A stretch of 64,000 bases of DNA from Phycisphaeraceae bacterium (GTDB lineage: Bacteria; Planctomycetota; Phycisphaerae; Phycisphaerales; UBA1924), in the NCBI GenBank assembly GCA_019636615.1, contig JAHBXF010000002.1, positions 1 through 64,000 on the forward strand, given 5' to 3'. The number at the start of each line of letters is the position of its first letter. The stretch's first letter is position 1. Below the pieces are notes generated by a model that was not told the DNA's origin, did not search any database, and was given only the letters and a program-made list of their open reading frames with translations. A program made the translations under genes and the position numbers. Below, piece by piece: positions 51,212 through 61,556 of the stretch.

Positions 51212-53470
51212 GTGGGTTTCAGTCGCCCGGAGTTCCGTCCGATGCTGGCCATGCCGAGTGCCGGCACGCACCAAAGGGCAATCCCACAGATGAGCGATCT
51301 GCAGCACAAAGACGGGGCAGCACAGGGCCGCACGGCGAGCGCGGCGGAGGATCAGGTGCTGCGCACACTGGCCGAGTTTGAGACGGGGCTGGCGAGCCTC
51401 AAGAACCTCTACGCGCAGCGGCAGGCCCTTGAAGATGAAATTCGCCGCAAGCAGGACGCGCTGCAGGAACGCGAGGCCAGAGCCGCCGCGAGCGAGCGCG
51501 AAGTGGCGCAACTCAAGGAGTGGGCCTCGCAGCGCACGCAGGAACTCGAGGACCTTCGCGGGGCGCTGGAGGCGCGCGAGGCCGAACTGGCACGAAGGCA
51601 GGAAGAACTTTCGGAATCGCTTGGCGCGTGCGAACTCTCGAAGGCCGAGTTGGAGCGCACGATCGCCTCGGAGCGGGAAGAACTTGACAACGAGCGGACG
51701 GCCCTTGAGGCCCAGCGTGCGGCCTTTGAGGCCGAGCGGGCAGGGCTGGACGAGGCTCTGGCGGCCATCGCCAACGACCGTGCCGCGCTGGAAGCGCTCG
51801 CCGGCGAGATCGAGGCCAGGCAGGCGGACGCCACCGCCGCGGCGAGTGAAGCCCAGGCACGGGCGAGCGAACTGAAGAAGCGACAAGAAGAGGTCGAAGC
51901 CAGGGAGCACGCGGCTCAGGAGCGGGCGCACCTGCTGGCCGAGGGCGAGGCCGTGCTGGCGCAGCGGCTCGGGGAACTCTCAGAGCGCGAGCAGCGGCTG
52001 GCGGCCGACCTGTCGCGGCTCGAAGCCCTGCGCCGTCAGATCGCCGCCGAGACGAGCGACCTAGCGACCGCGCACGAACAACTCGCGCTGCGCCAGCGAG
52101 AACTCGCCTCGTCGCAGCAGCAGTTGGCGCAGGATCAATCATCGCTGGCCGAGGCGCAGGCGAACCTGGCCTCGCTCGAGCGTGCGTTGACCGCACGCCA
52201 GAAGGAGATGGACCAGCGCACGGGCGCGATGTCGCACGAGGCCAAGGCCGTTCAGATGGCGGCACAGAAGGCCGCGCACGTCGAAAAGGATGAGGCCGAC
52301 TCGATCCGGGCCGAACTGGAGGCCTCGCTCTCCAGGCAGCGTGCGATGCTCGGCGTGATCGAGGAATATGAAGCGCTGTGGACGGTCGAGCGTGGGTACG
52401 CGGCGGACATCAAGGCGCGGGCCCTGCAGGAAGCCGCTGGCGTGGGCGCGGTGATCGAGGGGCTTAAAGAACGCCTTAAAGCGCAGATCGAGACTTCCCG
52501 CAACGCGCAGAAGGAATGGGATGCGCAGCGTTCGTCGCTGAAGAAGGAAATCGAGGAACTGCGCACCCGCCAACCCGGCGGCGCGCTCGGCTCGTCGCGC
52601 GCGGCCAGGTCGCTCGAACTTCGGCGCAAGCGGCTGCGGCTCTACCGCGACACGGTCCGGCGGCAGGCCGGCAAGGTGCGCAAAGCGGGCGAGGCGATCA
52701 AGAAGCGCATCGAGCAGGTTGAACAGGTGCTCGCGCAGCGCGCCGAACTGGCCTCGGCGCGCCAACGGGTGATCGAGGCCGAGCAGCGGGTGTCGCGCCA
52801 GACGGCGGCCTCGCGCGCCGCGGTGACGCTGCTGTGCGTGGCGGGGGTGCTCTCGCTGCTTCTGGGCCTGAGCTGGGCCATCGCCCGGGAAGTCGCCCCG
52901 GCGGCCTTCGAGGCGACGTCGGTTGTCAAAGCCGAAGGGCGCGACCGCACGCTGAGCCAGCCGGAACTGCGCGAATGGCAGCGCTTCCACGAGGCGCTGC
53001 TGCGCGATCCCAGGTTCCACGAGGCGGCCGCGGATCGATTCCGGCGACAGGGGATCGTGAGCCTGGCGAGCGCATCGAGCGTGGCCGACCTTGTCAAAGA
53101 GCGGATCACGACCGAATCGATGGCCGAGGGGGAACTGAAACTGCGGCTGGCCGGCAAGGGCGCCGAGGCCACGAGCCGGCTGCTCGAATCATTCACCGCC
53201 GGCTTCATGGCCTACGCCAACTCCGGGCACGCCCAGCGCATCGACGGCGGCATCACTGTGGCGGCGCAGCACGCCACGGCGGGCACTGAACCGATCGACA
53301 ACGTGCGCGTGATCTACGCTGGGGGCATCTTCGGTGCGGGGTTCGCGGCGTCGGCTTTCTTCGGCGTCTTTGTCTGGCGCAGGCTCACGCGTGAAAAGTC
53401 GGCCTTTGAGCAGGACACGTCCATCAGCGGCGTGCTCGATGAATCACGCTGGCGCACCCCCGAGGCGTGA
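51212..53470 (+). CDS. Large coiled-coil protein with two C-terminal TM helices (hypothetical)
   Basis: About 450 aa of heptad-rich Ala/Glu/Arg/Leu coiled coil (REAELARRQEEL...), then TM VTLLCVAGVLSLLLGL, a ~130-aa domain and a second TM. Start ambiguous between 51212, 51242 and 51287. Confidence 0.55.
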   Translation: MGFSRPEFRPMLAMPSAGTHQRAIPQMSDLQHKDGAAQGRTASAAEDQVLRTLAEFETGLASLKNLYAQRQALEDEIRRKQDALQEREARAAASEREVAQLKEWASQRTQELEDLRGALEAREAELARRQEELSESLGACELSKAELERTIASEREELDNERTALEAQRAAFEAERAGLDEALAAIANDRAALEALAGEIEARQADATAAASEAQARASELKKRQEEVEAREHAAQERAHLLAEGEAVLAQRLGELSEREQRLAADLSRLEALRRQIAAETSDLATAHEQLALRQRELASSQQQLAQDQSSLAEAQANLASLERALTARQKEMDQRTGAMSHEAKAVQMAAQKAAHVEKDEADSIRAELEASLSRQRAMLGVIEEYEALWTVERGYAADIKARALQEAAGVGAVIEGLKERLKAQIETSRNAQKEWDAQRSSLKKEIEELRTRQPGGALGSSRAARSLELRRKRLRLYRDTVRRQAGKVRKAGEAIKKRIEQVEQVLAQRAELASARQRVIEAEQRVSRQTAASRAAVTLLCVAGVLSLLLGLSWAIAREVAPAAFEATSVVKAEGRDRTLSQPELREWQRFHEALLRDPRFHEAAADRFRRQGIVSLASASSVADLVKERITTESMAEGELKLRLAGKGAEATSRLLESFTAGFMAYANSGHAQRIDGGITVAAQHATAGTEPIDNVRVIYAGGIFGAGFAASAFFGVFVWRRLTREKSAFEQDTSISGVLDESRWRTPEA

Positions 53471-53593
53471 CACGCGGTGAGCCGGCGATGGGCAGCGCGG
53501 CGCGATGCACAGGGCAAAACGAACCGCGGCCGGACTGTCTGAGAGACGATCCGGCCGCGTTGAGTTCTGGGATGGTGCGCCCGAGGCTGAAAA

Positions 53594-54400
53594 TCAGGCG
53601 CGGATGGTGGCGGTCATGAGCACGGTGCCGGTGGCGGAGGCGGCGCCGCGGGCCGCGGACACCACAGCCAGCCGCATGCCCATGCCGATGCGATCGGCGG
53701 CGATCTGGATCATCTGGGTTCCCTTTTCGCCGCCGGTGCCGAGGGTGGCAAGGTCTTCGGTGACGTTGCCGTCGGCGTCGATGGCGCAGAGGCGGTAGGT
53801 CATGCCTTCGGCGGCGGGCAGATCAGACCATGACACGCGTGCGGTGAGCCAGTCGGGGTTGAAGAGCACGGCGGCCTGCCCGGCGAAACCGTTGTGGCGC
53901 TCGAAGCGGGCGCGGACGGTGTGCTCGCTGAAGAGGGCATCCTGCAGGTGGTCGGCGCCGAGCATGACCATGAGGGAGCGCTGAACTTCGGTGTTCTGCA
54001 TCTGCCGGCTGAGGTTGTCGTTGAGCGACATGACGTTGACAAAGGCAACGCCGAGGACGGCGGAGACGGCCATCAGACCGATGGCCGAGGCACGCCAGCC
54101 GCGCCAGACACGGCCGGGGGCCGGCTGCGGGTCGGCGAGCACGGCGGCGCTGACGCGGGCTTCTGAAGCGGCGATCTGCGTCGCGATCGAGGCGAGCACG
54201 CGGGCCTTGAGGTCTTGGGGGGGCTGCACGTCCGGCAGGAGAATGTCCATGACAGACCACCTGGCCTGCTCGTCGCGGATGGCCCGCTGGATCTCGGGCG
54301 GCGCGCCGGCGAAGGAGGCGTTGAAACGTGCCTGTTCGTCGTCGTCGAGCAACCCGAGGGCGTCGAGATGTGCATGTTCAAGCAACTCACGCAACGTCAT
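53594..54400 (-). CDS. Anti-sigma factor (RskA/zf-HC2-like N-terminus, single TM)
   Basis: MTLRELLEHAHLDALGLLDDDEQARF N-terminal anti-sigma motif. TM AIGLMAVSAVLGVAFV. 4-nt overlap with the ECF sigma gene. Confidence 0.65.
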   Translation of the reverse strand: MTLRELLEHAHLDALGLLDDDEQARFNASFAGAPPEIQRAIRDEQARWSVMDILLPDVQPPQDLKARVLASIATQIAASEARVSAAVLADPQPAPGRVWRGWRASAIGLMAVSAVLGVAFVNVMSLNDNLSRQMQNTEVQRSLMVMLGADHLQDALFSEHTVRARFERHNGFAGQAAVLFNPDWLTARVSWSDLPAAEGMTYRLCAIDADGNVTEDLATLGTGGEKGTQMIQIAADRIGMGMRLAVVSAARGAASATGTVLMTATIRA

Positions 54401-54984
54401 GATGCCAACTCCTCGCCGCTCCGTTCCCTGAGTCGCACGAGCGCGCGGCTGAGGGCCGATTTGATCGTCCCCAGCGGCGTGTCGAGCTCCTCACCGATCT
54501 GCCGCAGCGTTTGTCCTCCCAGGTACGCCCTGGTGACGACAGTTCTCTGCAGTTCAGGCAGAGACTCGATACGCTGCATCAACACCGCCATCCGTTCATC
54601 CACATCCATCCGTGATTCAGGCTCGGGGGCCGCTGTGAGATTGGCCGCCGCGGGCTGTTCGATCGAGGTTGTCCGCAGGCGGGCCTTGGTCCGCCTGAGT
54701 TTGTCTACCAGGTGCCGGCGGGCGATGAGCATGACCCAGGTCACCAGGGCGCTGCGGTTCTGGTCATAACGGCCGGCGGTCTTCCACAGCCTGACGAAAA
54801 TCTCCTGCACGGCGTCTTCGGCCTCGGCCCGGGAAGGCATCGACTGATAGGCCATTCTGAAGACGAGCGAACCGAAGCGGTCGTAGAGCATGCCGATGGC
54901 GGACTCTTCGTTGGCGGCGACACGCTGCATCAGGTCGAAGTCGCTTCGTTCAGCGCCCCCGGGATGTGCCTGTCGATCCCCCAT
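54397..54984 (-). CDS. ECF-type RNA polymerase sigma-70 factor
   Basis: Sigma-2 region (DAVQEIFVRLWK) and a sigma-4 HTH (LGGQTLRQIGEELDTPLGTIKSALSRALVRLRE). Confidence 0.8.
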   Translation of the reverse strand: MGDRQAHPGGAERSDFDLMQRVAANEESAIGMLYDRFGSLVFRMAYQSMPSRAEAEDAVQEIFVRLWKTAGRYDQNRSALVTWVMLIARRHLVDKLRRTKARLRTTSIEQPAAANLTAAPEPESRMDVDERMAVLMQRIESLPELQRTVVTRAYLGGQTLRQIGEELDTPLGTIKSALSRALVRLRERSGEELAS

Positions 54985-55358
54985 GGCTCGGGTCCGTTCC
55001 CGCCGCGTGCCGCGGCGTGTGTGGAGACTCTCGCGAACCGGCTGAACATCTTGGAGGCCGGTTCGTGCGAAAGAGACTGGAACAACCAGCCCGCGGCAAT
55101 ATACGGGCCGCTGCCGCGGGGGGATGCGAGTTTCAGCCGCTTTGCGAGAGACTCTCGAGATCCACTAGTTCAGGGGTGAAGGTTGTTGAAGTGGAGAAGA
55201 CCCAGCGATAGACGCCAAACAAAAACAAGACCGATTTGCGGCTCAAGAGGGGCAAAGTACCTACCCGATTTCTGCCAAATGGGCTTGTGTTTAGAATGAG
55301 TTTTGGGTATGCTCAGGTAAGCCTGCGAAGAGCGCGGGCATGAGATAGGGGTGCTCGT

Positions 55359-56228
55359 GTGAAGAACTGTGGGAGTCCTCAAACCGGACTTCGGCCCAAG
55401 GCAGTGCCTTGTAAGGGGTGTGTTGCGCCACTGGCGTCGCCCGTGGCCTCTCCCGTGGGTGACACAGGGGCGAAGTCTGTCACGCGTCCGCGTGCCTTCA
55501 CCATTATCGACCTTCTGGTCTCCATCTCGGTGATCGCGGTGCTTATCGGCATCCTGCTCCCGAGCCTCTCCGCCGTGAATGAAACGGCTAGGCGGGTAGT
55601 CTGCCAGTCCAACGTCCGTCAACTCGGGCTGGGCGTGGTGATGTACGCCAACGACTACGGCGGCTACCTGCCCCCCAGCCGCTACCTGCCCAACGGCCCG
55701 TACGGCGGCCGTGTTGCCCCACGCCCCGACAAGATGCTCACGCTGCGGGTTCCCTTCGTGGAAGAGATCCCCGTGATGTCAGCGTGGGATGGGCTGGGTG
55801 TGCTGGTGCACACCGAATACGTCGATGTCGCCAAGGTGTACTACTGCCCATCGCACCGCGGCGAAAACCCATACTCCAAGTTTGCCGACAACTGGCTGCG
55901 CAACCGCGGCGAGATCGTCTCGAACTATCACTACCGGGGCGAGGGCCCCGTTTCCACTTCAATCCGCAACGCCCCGGCACGCACCACGCGGTTGCTGTGG
56001 GCGATCGATCCGGCCCATTCCTCGCTGATCGCTGACGGCATGCGCGTCCGCTCAGACTACAACCACCGGGTGGGTGTGAACTTCTTCCGCGCTGACCTCA
56101 CCATCCACTGGTACGACGACCCCGCGGGCCAGTTGGCCTTGCGTCTGCCCGTCGACAAAGAAGCCGCGGATCCTGAAGTCGTGCGTGAAGCATGGCACGA
56201 GTTTGACCGCTCGGCCAACATGGACTGA
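55359..56228 (+). CDS. DUF1559/H-X9-DG prepilin-type N-terminal cleavage/methylation domain protein (second copy)
   Basis: RAFTIIDLLVSISVIAVLIGILLPSL class-III signal, then Tyr/Gly/Pro-rich body. The true start is probably downstream of 55359 (for example the GTG near 55442), so the start is uncertain. Confidence 0.6.
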   Translation: MKNCGSPQTGLRPKAVPCKGCVAPLASPVASPVGDTGAKSVTRPRAFTIIDLLVSISVIAVLIGILLPSLSAVNETARRVVCQSNVRQLGLGVVMYANDYGGYLPPSRYLPNGPYGGRVAPRPDKMLTLRVPFVEEIPVMSAWDGLGVLVHTEYVDVAKVYYCPSHRGENPYSKFADNWLRNRGEIVSNYHYRGEGPVSTSIRNAPARTTRLLWAIDPAHSSLIADGMRVRSDYNHRVGVNFFRADLTIHWYDDPAGQLALRLPVDKEAADPEVVREAWHEFDRSANMD

Positions 56229-56317
56229 CCTCGCCCCCTCAGGCCCACAACTCCTAAGCCAACTCCCCCTCTCACCCTCGGTGGCGGGCCTCCTTTCGTG
56301 CGCGTGCCGACTCCGGG

Positions 56318-58267
56318 GTGGTTTCTGTGGTGGGCCGGTCTGCGGGTGTGGCCGCGGGGCCTCATACGCTCAGCGTTGTGTGGCGCATCTCACTCCCGCT
56401 CCTGACGTTGGTGGCGTTGATCGGCCTGGCGCTGGCCTTTGACAGGCCGCTGCCGCGCGCCGACTTTGTCGCGGTGAATAACGGCGAGGTGAGCACCCTC
56501 GACCCGGCGCAGATGTCCTGGCTGCAGGACTTCCGCGCGGCGAGACTCATCTTCGAGGGTCTCACGGCCAGCGACGTCTTTTCCGATGGGTACGACACCA
56601 TCCCGGCGGCGGCCGAATCGTGGGAGGTATCACCCGACGGGCTCGAATACGTCTTCGTCATCAGGGCGGGGGCGCTCTGGTCGAACGGGCGGCCGGTGAC
56701 ATCGGAGGACTTCAAGTTTGCGTGGCGGCGCATGCTCCTGCCCGAACTGGGCGCAGACTACGCGAAACTCGTGCGGCTGCTGCGCGGCGCCGACGAGTTT
56801 TACCAGTACCGGTTGGCGCGTCTCGCGGCGTTCGCTGGAGAGTCGGCCGGGCTCTCGCGCGAAGAGCGCGCCGCCAGGGCCCGGAGTGTGTGGCACGAAA
56901 CACTCGCGGCCTTCGACCGGATGGTGGCGATCGACGCGACAGACCCGCGGGTGCTGCGTGTCGGTCTGGCGCGCCCGGTACCGTACTTTCTCTCGCTCAC
57001 GGCCTTTGCGCCCTTCTATCCGCTGCCGCGCGAGATCGTGGCGGCGTATGAGTCGGTCGATCCTGATTCGGCGCAGTTGCGCACAGACCCGGCGTGGACG
57101 AAGGCGGGCACGCTGGTGGGCAACGGGCCCTTTGTGCTCGCACGGTGGGCCTTCAAGCGAGAGATGCGCTTTCAGGCATCGCCGACGTACTGGAACAAGT
57201 CCGCGCTGGCGATATCGAGCATTTCGATGCCGACGATCGAGAGCGGCAACAGCGCGGTGCTCGCCTTTCGGACAGGCGTGATCGACTGGGCCAGCGACGT
57301 TCTGCCGCCGTACCGGGCTGACATGCTGGCGGCCAAGCGGGCGTTTCATGAAGAGCACGCGGAGGAAGTGGCGTCGATGAGGGCGCAGGGGCTCGACCCC
57401 ATCGAGATCGACCGCCGGCTGCCGCGTGACCCGCGGGCGCACATCCACGCGTTCCCGGCGTTCGGCACCTATTTCTACAACTTCAACTGCCGCGAGCGGC
57501 TCTCCGACGGGCGCCCGAACCCCTTCGCGGATGCGCGGGTGCGGCGTGCGTTCACGATGAGCATCAACAAAGCGGCGTTGGTAGAGCATGTGCGGCGCAG
57601 CGGCGAACCGGCGGCGACCACGCTCATCCCGCCGGGCTCGCTGCCGGGGTATGAATCCCCGAGCGGGCTGGGGTTTGATCCCTCCGCGGCCAGGGCGCTG
57701 CTCGAAGAGGCCGGGTACGGGCCTCGCCGCCCATTCCCGACGGTGGAGGTGATCTTCAACGCGGACGGCGGCCATGAACTGATCGCGCAGTCCATCGCGA
57801 AGGACTGGCAGCGGCAACTGGGCGTGAATGTCACGCTGGGGCAGAAAGAAATACGGGTGTTTCGAGAGCAGGTCAAGAGCGGCAACTTCATGGTGAGCCG
57901 CGGCACGTGGTTCGGTGATTACGGCGACCCGACGACGTTCCTGGATATCAGCCGCGCCGGCGACGGCAACAACGACCGCGGGTACGCCGACGCCGAGTTC
58001 GAGTCGCTGATGGAGGGCGCGGCGCATGAACTCGACGCCCCGAAGCGCATGCGGATTCTGTCTGAGGCAGAGCGGCTGCTGATGGAACGCGATGTCCCGA
58101 TGGCGCCGATCTTCCATTATGTGCAGGTGTACCTGTTCGACCCGCACCGGGTCTCGGGGATCACCCCGCACCCGCGTCAAGAGCAGTACCTGCACCTTGT
58201 CGACGTTCTGGGCGACGGGCAAGGAGACGAGCGAGCCCGGCGGTTTGATCGCCGCCCGCGGCCTTGA
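56318..58267 (+). CDS. ABC transporter substrate-binding protein, family 5 (oligopeptide/dipeptide OppA/DppA-like)
   Basis: SBP_bac_5 architecture: N-terminal signal/TM, then conserved blocks (AAESWEVSPDGLEYVFVIRAGALWSNGRPVTSEDF) and so on. 649 aa. Confidence 0.7.
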   Translation: MVSVVGRSAGVAAGPHTLSVVWRISLPLLTLVALIGLALAFDRPLPRADFVAVNNGEVSTLDPAQMSWLQDFRAARLIFEGLTASDVFSDGYDTIPAAAESWEVSPDGLEYVFVIRAGALWSNGRPVTSEDFKFAWRRMLLPELGADYAKLVRLLRGADEFYQYRLARLAAFAGESAGLSREERAARARSVWHETLAAFDRMVAIDATDPRVLRVGLARPVPYFLSLTAFAPFYPLPREIVAAYESVDPDSAQLRTDPAWTKAGTLVGNGPFVLARWAFKREMRFQASPTYWNKSALAISSISMPTIESGNSAVLAFRTGVIDWASDVLPPYRADMLAAKRAFHEEHAEEVASMRAQGLDPIEIDRRLPRDPRAHIHAFPAFGTYFYNFNCRERLSDGRPNPFADARVRRAFTMSINKAALVEHVRRSGEPAATTLIPPGSLPGYESPSGLGFDPSAARALLEEAGYGPRRPFPTVEVIFNADGGHELIAQSIAKDWQRQLGVNVTLGQKEIRVFREQVKSGNFMVSRGTWFGDYGDPTTFLDISRAGDGNNDRGYADAEFESLMEGAAHELDAPKRMRILSEAERLLMERDVPMAPIFHYVQVYLFDPHRVSGITPHPRQEQYLHLVDVLGDGQGDERARRFDRRPRP

Positions 58268-58383
58268 GGAGAGAAACGCTGGCCCGGGTTCGCGGGGCAG
58301 GATGGGTAAGTGGGCCTAAGCGTGCACAGGCCCGGCGCGTGCCCTGGGCCGTACCATCGCGCATCGCACTCTCGCTGCCCATC

Positions 58384-59433
58384 ATGAACACCAAGCCGCA
58401 GGCGGACGATGCCCGCCCCGGGCGCGCACCGGCCGGCGGCCAGCGTCGGATGATCGACTCGCACGGGCGCACCATCCGCGATCTGCGGCTCTCGATCACA
58501 GACCGCTGCAACTTCCGCTGTGTGTATTGCATGGACCCCGGAGTGCGGTTCATGCCCTCGGAAGAACTCCTCCAGCCGCGGGAAATGGCACGCCTCGCGG
58601 GGCTGTGCGTCGGGCTCGGTGTTGAAAAGGTGCGCATCACCGGGGGCGAGCCCACGCTGCACCCCGCGTTGGAAGAGATCATCCGCGGCGTGGCCGCGAC
58701 GGGCGTGGGCGATATCGCGATGACCACCAACGGCTGGCGCATCGGCGGGGATGAATGCCGCGCGTGGAAGGCCGCGGGCCTCACCCGCTTGACGGTGAGC
58801 ATCGACAGTTTGAACGAAGAGAAGTTCAGCACGCTCACGCGATCATCGACGGGCGCGGCGGACGTTGTGCGATCCATCGACTGCGCGCGCGGGGCGGGCT
58901 TTGACCGCGTGAAAGCCAACGCGGTGGTGGTGCGCGGGTTGAACGAGGACGAGGTGCCGGCGTTGGCGGGGCTGGCGCGCACGCTGGGCATCGAGATGCG
59001 CTTCATCGAATACATGCCCCTCGACTCCGGCCGCGCGTGGGAGCCCGGGCTGCTCGTGCCCGCCGCGGAGATCATCGAGCGGATCAACGCGGTCACGCCG
59101 CTGCGCGAAGTGGGGCGGGACGAACCCAGCAGCACCGCGCTGGTCTACGAGTTCGCCGACGGTGCCCCGGGGCGCATCGGTGTCATCGCGCCCGTCACGG
59201 CGCCGTTCTGCGGCGCGTGCGCTCGTCTGCGCATCACGGCGGACGGCAAGGTGCGGCCGTGCCTCTTCAGCCTGAAAGAGTGGGACCTCCGCCCGCTGCT
59301 GCGGGGCGGGGCCGGCGACCGGGAGATCGAAGAGTTTCTGATCGATGTGACGTGGACCAAACAGGCCGGGCACGGCATCAGCGCGTCGGGCTTCGAGCAG
59401 CCCGCCAGATCGATGTCGGCCATCGGCGGCTGA
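58384..59433 (+). CDS. moaA: GTP 3',8-cyclase MoaA (radical SAM, molybdenum cofactor biosynthesis)
   Basis: IDSHGRTIRDLRLSITDRCNFRCVYC radical-SAM cluster, GGEPTLHP and C-terminal CGACARLRITADGKVRPCLF second-cluster motif. Start is either 58384 (MNTKPQ) or 58450 (MIDSHGR). Confidence 0.8.
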   Translation: MNTKPQADDARPGRAPAGGQRRMIDSHGRTIRDLRLSITDRCNFRCVYCMDPGVRFMPSEELLQPREMARLAGLCVGLGVEKVRITGGEPTLHPALEEIIRGVAATGVGDIAMTTNGWRIGGDECRAWKAAGLTRLTVSIDSLNEEKFSTLTRSSTGAADVVRSIDCARGAGFDRVKANAVVVRGLNEDEVPALAGLARTLGIEMRFIEYMPLDSGRAWEPGLLVPAAEIIERINAVTPLREVGRDEPSSTALVYEFADGAPGRIGVIAPVTAPFCGACARLRITADGKVRPCLFSLKEWDLRPLLRGGAGDREIEEFLIDVTWTKQAGHGISASGFEQPARSMSAIGG

Positions 59434-59445
59434 GGCCGCGGCCGG

Positions 59446-60066
59446 TCACGCGGTGGTGCGCATCGCGGCGAAGTGCCTGAGAAAGTTCACTACGGTCTTG
59501 GCCATGGCGTCCGCCTCGGTGTTGACGCGTGCGCCGGGCATCCACGCGCCGAGGGTTGTTTTTTCGAGCGTCGTTGGGATCAGCGCGACCTCGAACCAGC
59601 CCTCGGCGGGAGAGACCTGGGCGAGTGTGAGAGAAACACCATCGAGCGTGACGCTGCCCTTGGGTGCCAGGAAGGGCATGATCTCGGCGGGCGGGCGCAG
59701 CCTGACGCGCCACTCGCCGCGCGTCGAGATTTTTTCCACCAGAGAGACCCCATCGACATGGCCCTGCACAAGGTGCCCGCCCAGGAGTGTTGAAGCGGTG
59801 GCCGCGTGTTCGAGGTTCACGCGCTCGCCGGCGAGCAGGCCGGCGAGCGTGGTCTTTGCGAGCGTTTCGGGGATGGCGTCGAAGGCCATGTTCCCATCGT
59901 CGCCCACGTCGGCGATGGCGGTGAGGCAGCAACCGTTGACGGCGACCGAATCTCCGCGACGGGCGCGATAGGCCCAGTGCGGCGCAGCCACGACAAGACG
60001 AAGGCCCGCTTCGGAGGCCATCGTCTGGGATAGAACGCCGGTGGTTTCGATGATTCCGGTGAACAT
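59446..60066 (-). CDS. ribE: Riboflavin synthase alpha chain
   Basis: MFTGIIETTG N-terminus and duplicated lumazine-binding repeats (VAVNGCCLT / VTLDGVSLT). Confidence 0.85.
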   Translation of the reverse strand: MFTGIIETTGVLSQTMASEAGLRLVVAAPHWAYRARRGDSVAVNGCCLTAIADVGDDGNMAFDAIPETLAKTTLAGLLAGERVNLEHAATASTLLGGHLVQGHVDGVSLVEKISTRGEWRVRLRPPAEIMPFLAPKGSVTLDGVSLTLAQVSPAEGWFEVALIPTTLEKTTLGAWMPGARVNTEADAMAKTVVNFLRHFAAMRTTA

Positions 60067-60095
60067 GGATCGTGGCCGTGTGCGTGCGGGCCCGC

Positions 60096-61256
60096 TCAGG
60101 ACATCGCGTGCCCGAGGTCTTTGATGAGGTCACGGACATCCTCGATGCCGACGCTGAGGCGCACAAGGCCGTCGTCGATGCCCAGCGCGGCGCGGGCCTC
60201 GGGCGGGATGCTCGCGTGGGTCATGATGGCGGGGTGCTCGATCAGGCTCTCGACCCCGCCCAGGCTCTCGGCGAGGGCGAAGTGCTTCACGCGTTCGAGC
60301 ATGCGGCGGGATGCATCGAGCCCGCCATCTACCACCACGCTGATCATGCCGCCGAAGCCGCGCATCTGAGACTTGGCCAGGGCGTGCTGCGGGTGGCTCT
60401 CCAGGCCCGGGTAGATCACGCGCTTCACGCGCGGATGGGCGCTGAGCCACCGGGCAACTTCCATCGCGTTCTCGCAGTGCCGCTGCATGCGCACGTGCAG
60501 GGTTTTGGTCGATCGCAGCAGCAGGAAGCAGTCCATGGGGCTGGGGACCGCGCCGACGGCGTTCTGCGTGAACCGCAGCCGCTCGGCCAGTTCGTCGTTG
60601 CTCGTGAGCAGTGCGCCGCCGACAACATCAGAGTGCCCCCCGATGTACTTGGTGCACGAGTGCAGCACGATGTCGGCCCCCAGGGCCAGCGGGTTCTGCA
60701 GGTACGGGCTCGCGAACGTGTTGTCGGCCACGAGAATGGCGCCGGCCCCGTGCGCCAGCCGGCTCATCGCGGCGATGTCGATGACCTTGAGCATGGGGTT
60801 GCTGGGCGTTTCGAGCCAGATCAGCCGCGTCGTGGGGCGCAGCGCGCTACGGGCCTGGGCGTGGTCTGTCAGGTCCGCGCGGGTGCACTCGATCCCCTGG
60901 TGCCTGAAGACTTTGTCGATGAGGCGGAACGAGCCGCCGTAGACGTCATCGCTCAAGACCACGTGGTCGCCTGACTTGAGTTGGTGCAGCACGCAGGCCA
61001 TCGCGGCCAGCCCGCTGGCGAACGACAGGCCGTGGCGCGCACCTTCAAGAGACGCGAGGTTCGCCTCCAGCGCGGTGCGGGTCGGGTTCTTCGACCGGGC
61101 ATAGTCGTACCCATCGATGAAGACCCCCGGGCTCTTTTGGACGTAGGTGGAGGTCATGTACACCGGCGTCATGATCGCGCGGGTGGTGGGGTCGGGCTCT
61201 TGGCCAGCGTGGATGCAGCGTGTGCCGAAGTGATCGTGGGACGCCGGATCGGACAT
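60096..61256 (-). CDS. metB: PLP-dependent trans-sulfuration enzyme (cystathionine gamma-synthase/beta-lyase family)
   Basis: Start at MSDPASHDHFGTRCIHAG (ATG 61254-61256). YARSKNPTR, PLP-Lys motif SCTKYIGGHSD and GIDDGLVRLSVGIED C-terminal block. The long upstream extension of ORF ..61961 was rejected. Confidence 0.8.
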   Translation of the reverse strand: MSDPASHDHFGTRCIHAGQEPDPTTRAIMTPVYMTSTYVQKSPGVFIDGYDYARSKNPTRTALEANLASLEGARHGLSFASGLAAMACVLHQLKSGDHVVLSDDVYGGSFRLIDKVFRHQGIECTRADLTDHAQARSALRPTTRLIWLETPSNPMLKVIDIAAMSRLAHGAGAILVADNTFASPYLQNPLALGADIVLHSCTKYIGGHSDVVGGALLTSNDELAERLRFTQNAVGAVPSPMDCFLLLRSTKTLHVRMQRHCENAMEVARWLSAHPRVKRVIYPGLESHPQHALAKSQMRGFGGMISVVVDGGLDASRRMLERVKHFALAESLGGVESLIEHPAIMTHASIPPEARAALGIDDGLVRLSVGIEDVRDLIKDLGHAMS

Positions 61257-61469
61257 GGGGCACTCCTGGCCCGCGGGGCGGTGGCTGCCGGGCCGGGGGT
61301 GGCACGCTGCGCGGAGCGCGTGGCTCGCTCGCCCCGCGACACAGGGCCATGACAAAGCGAAACCCACCGGCCGGGAGGGCACGTCCCGGGGGGTGAAAGG
61401 GTATACGGTGAAGCAGGCAGTTCCCCCAAAAGCGACAACGGCCCCCGTCGGGAGCCGTTGTCTGGAAAG

Positions 61470-61556
61470 CGGAGGGGAGGGGATTCGAACCCCTGATACG
61501 GTTTCCCGTATACGCGATTTCCAGTCGCGTTCCTTCAGCCGCTCGGACACCCCTCC
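61470..61556 (-). tRNA. tRNA-Ser (anticodon GGA), 87 nt, long variable arm, no encoded CCA
   Basis: Reverse complement folds as acceptor GGAGGGG/CCCCUCC plus discriminator G, anticodon arm CGCGA-CUGGAAA-UCGCG, long variable arm UAUACGGGAAACCGUAUC and T-arm AGGGG-UUCGAAU-CCCCU. Confidence 0.8.

Noticed and set aside
56630-58222. 530-aa minus-strand ORF
   Set aside because: It is antisense to the family-5 SBP gene. The Arg/Pro/His-rich translation is a typical GC-rich shadow ORF.
60072-60974. 300-aa plus-strand ORF
   Set aside because: It is antisense to the PLP-dependent metB-like gene.
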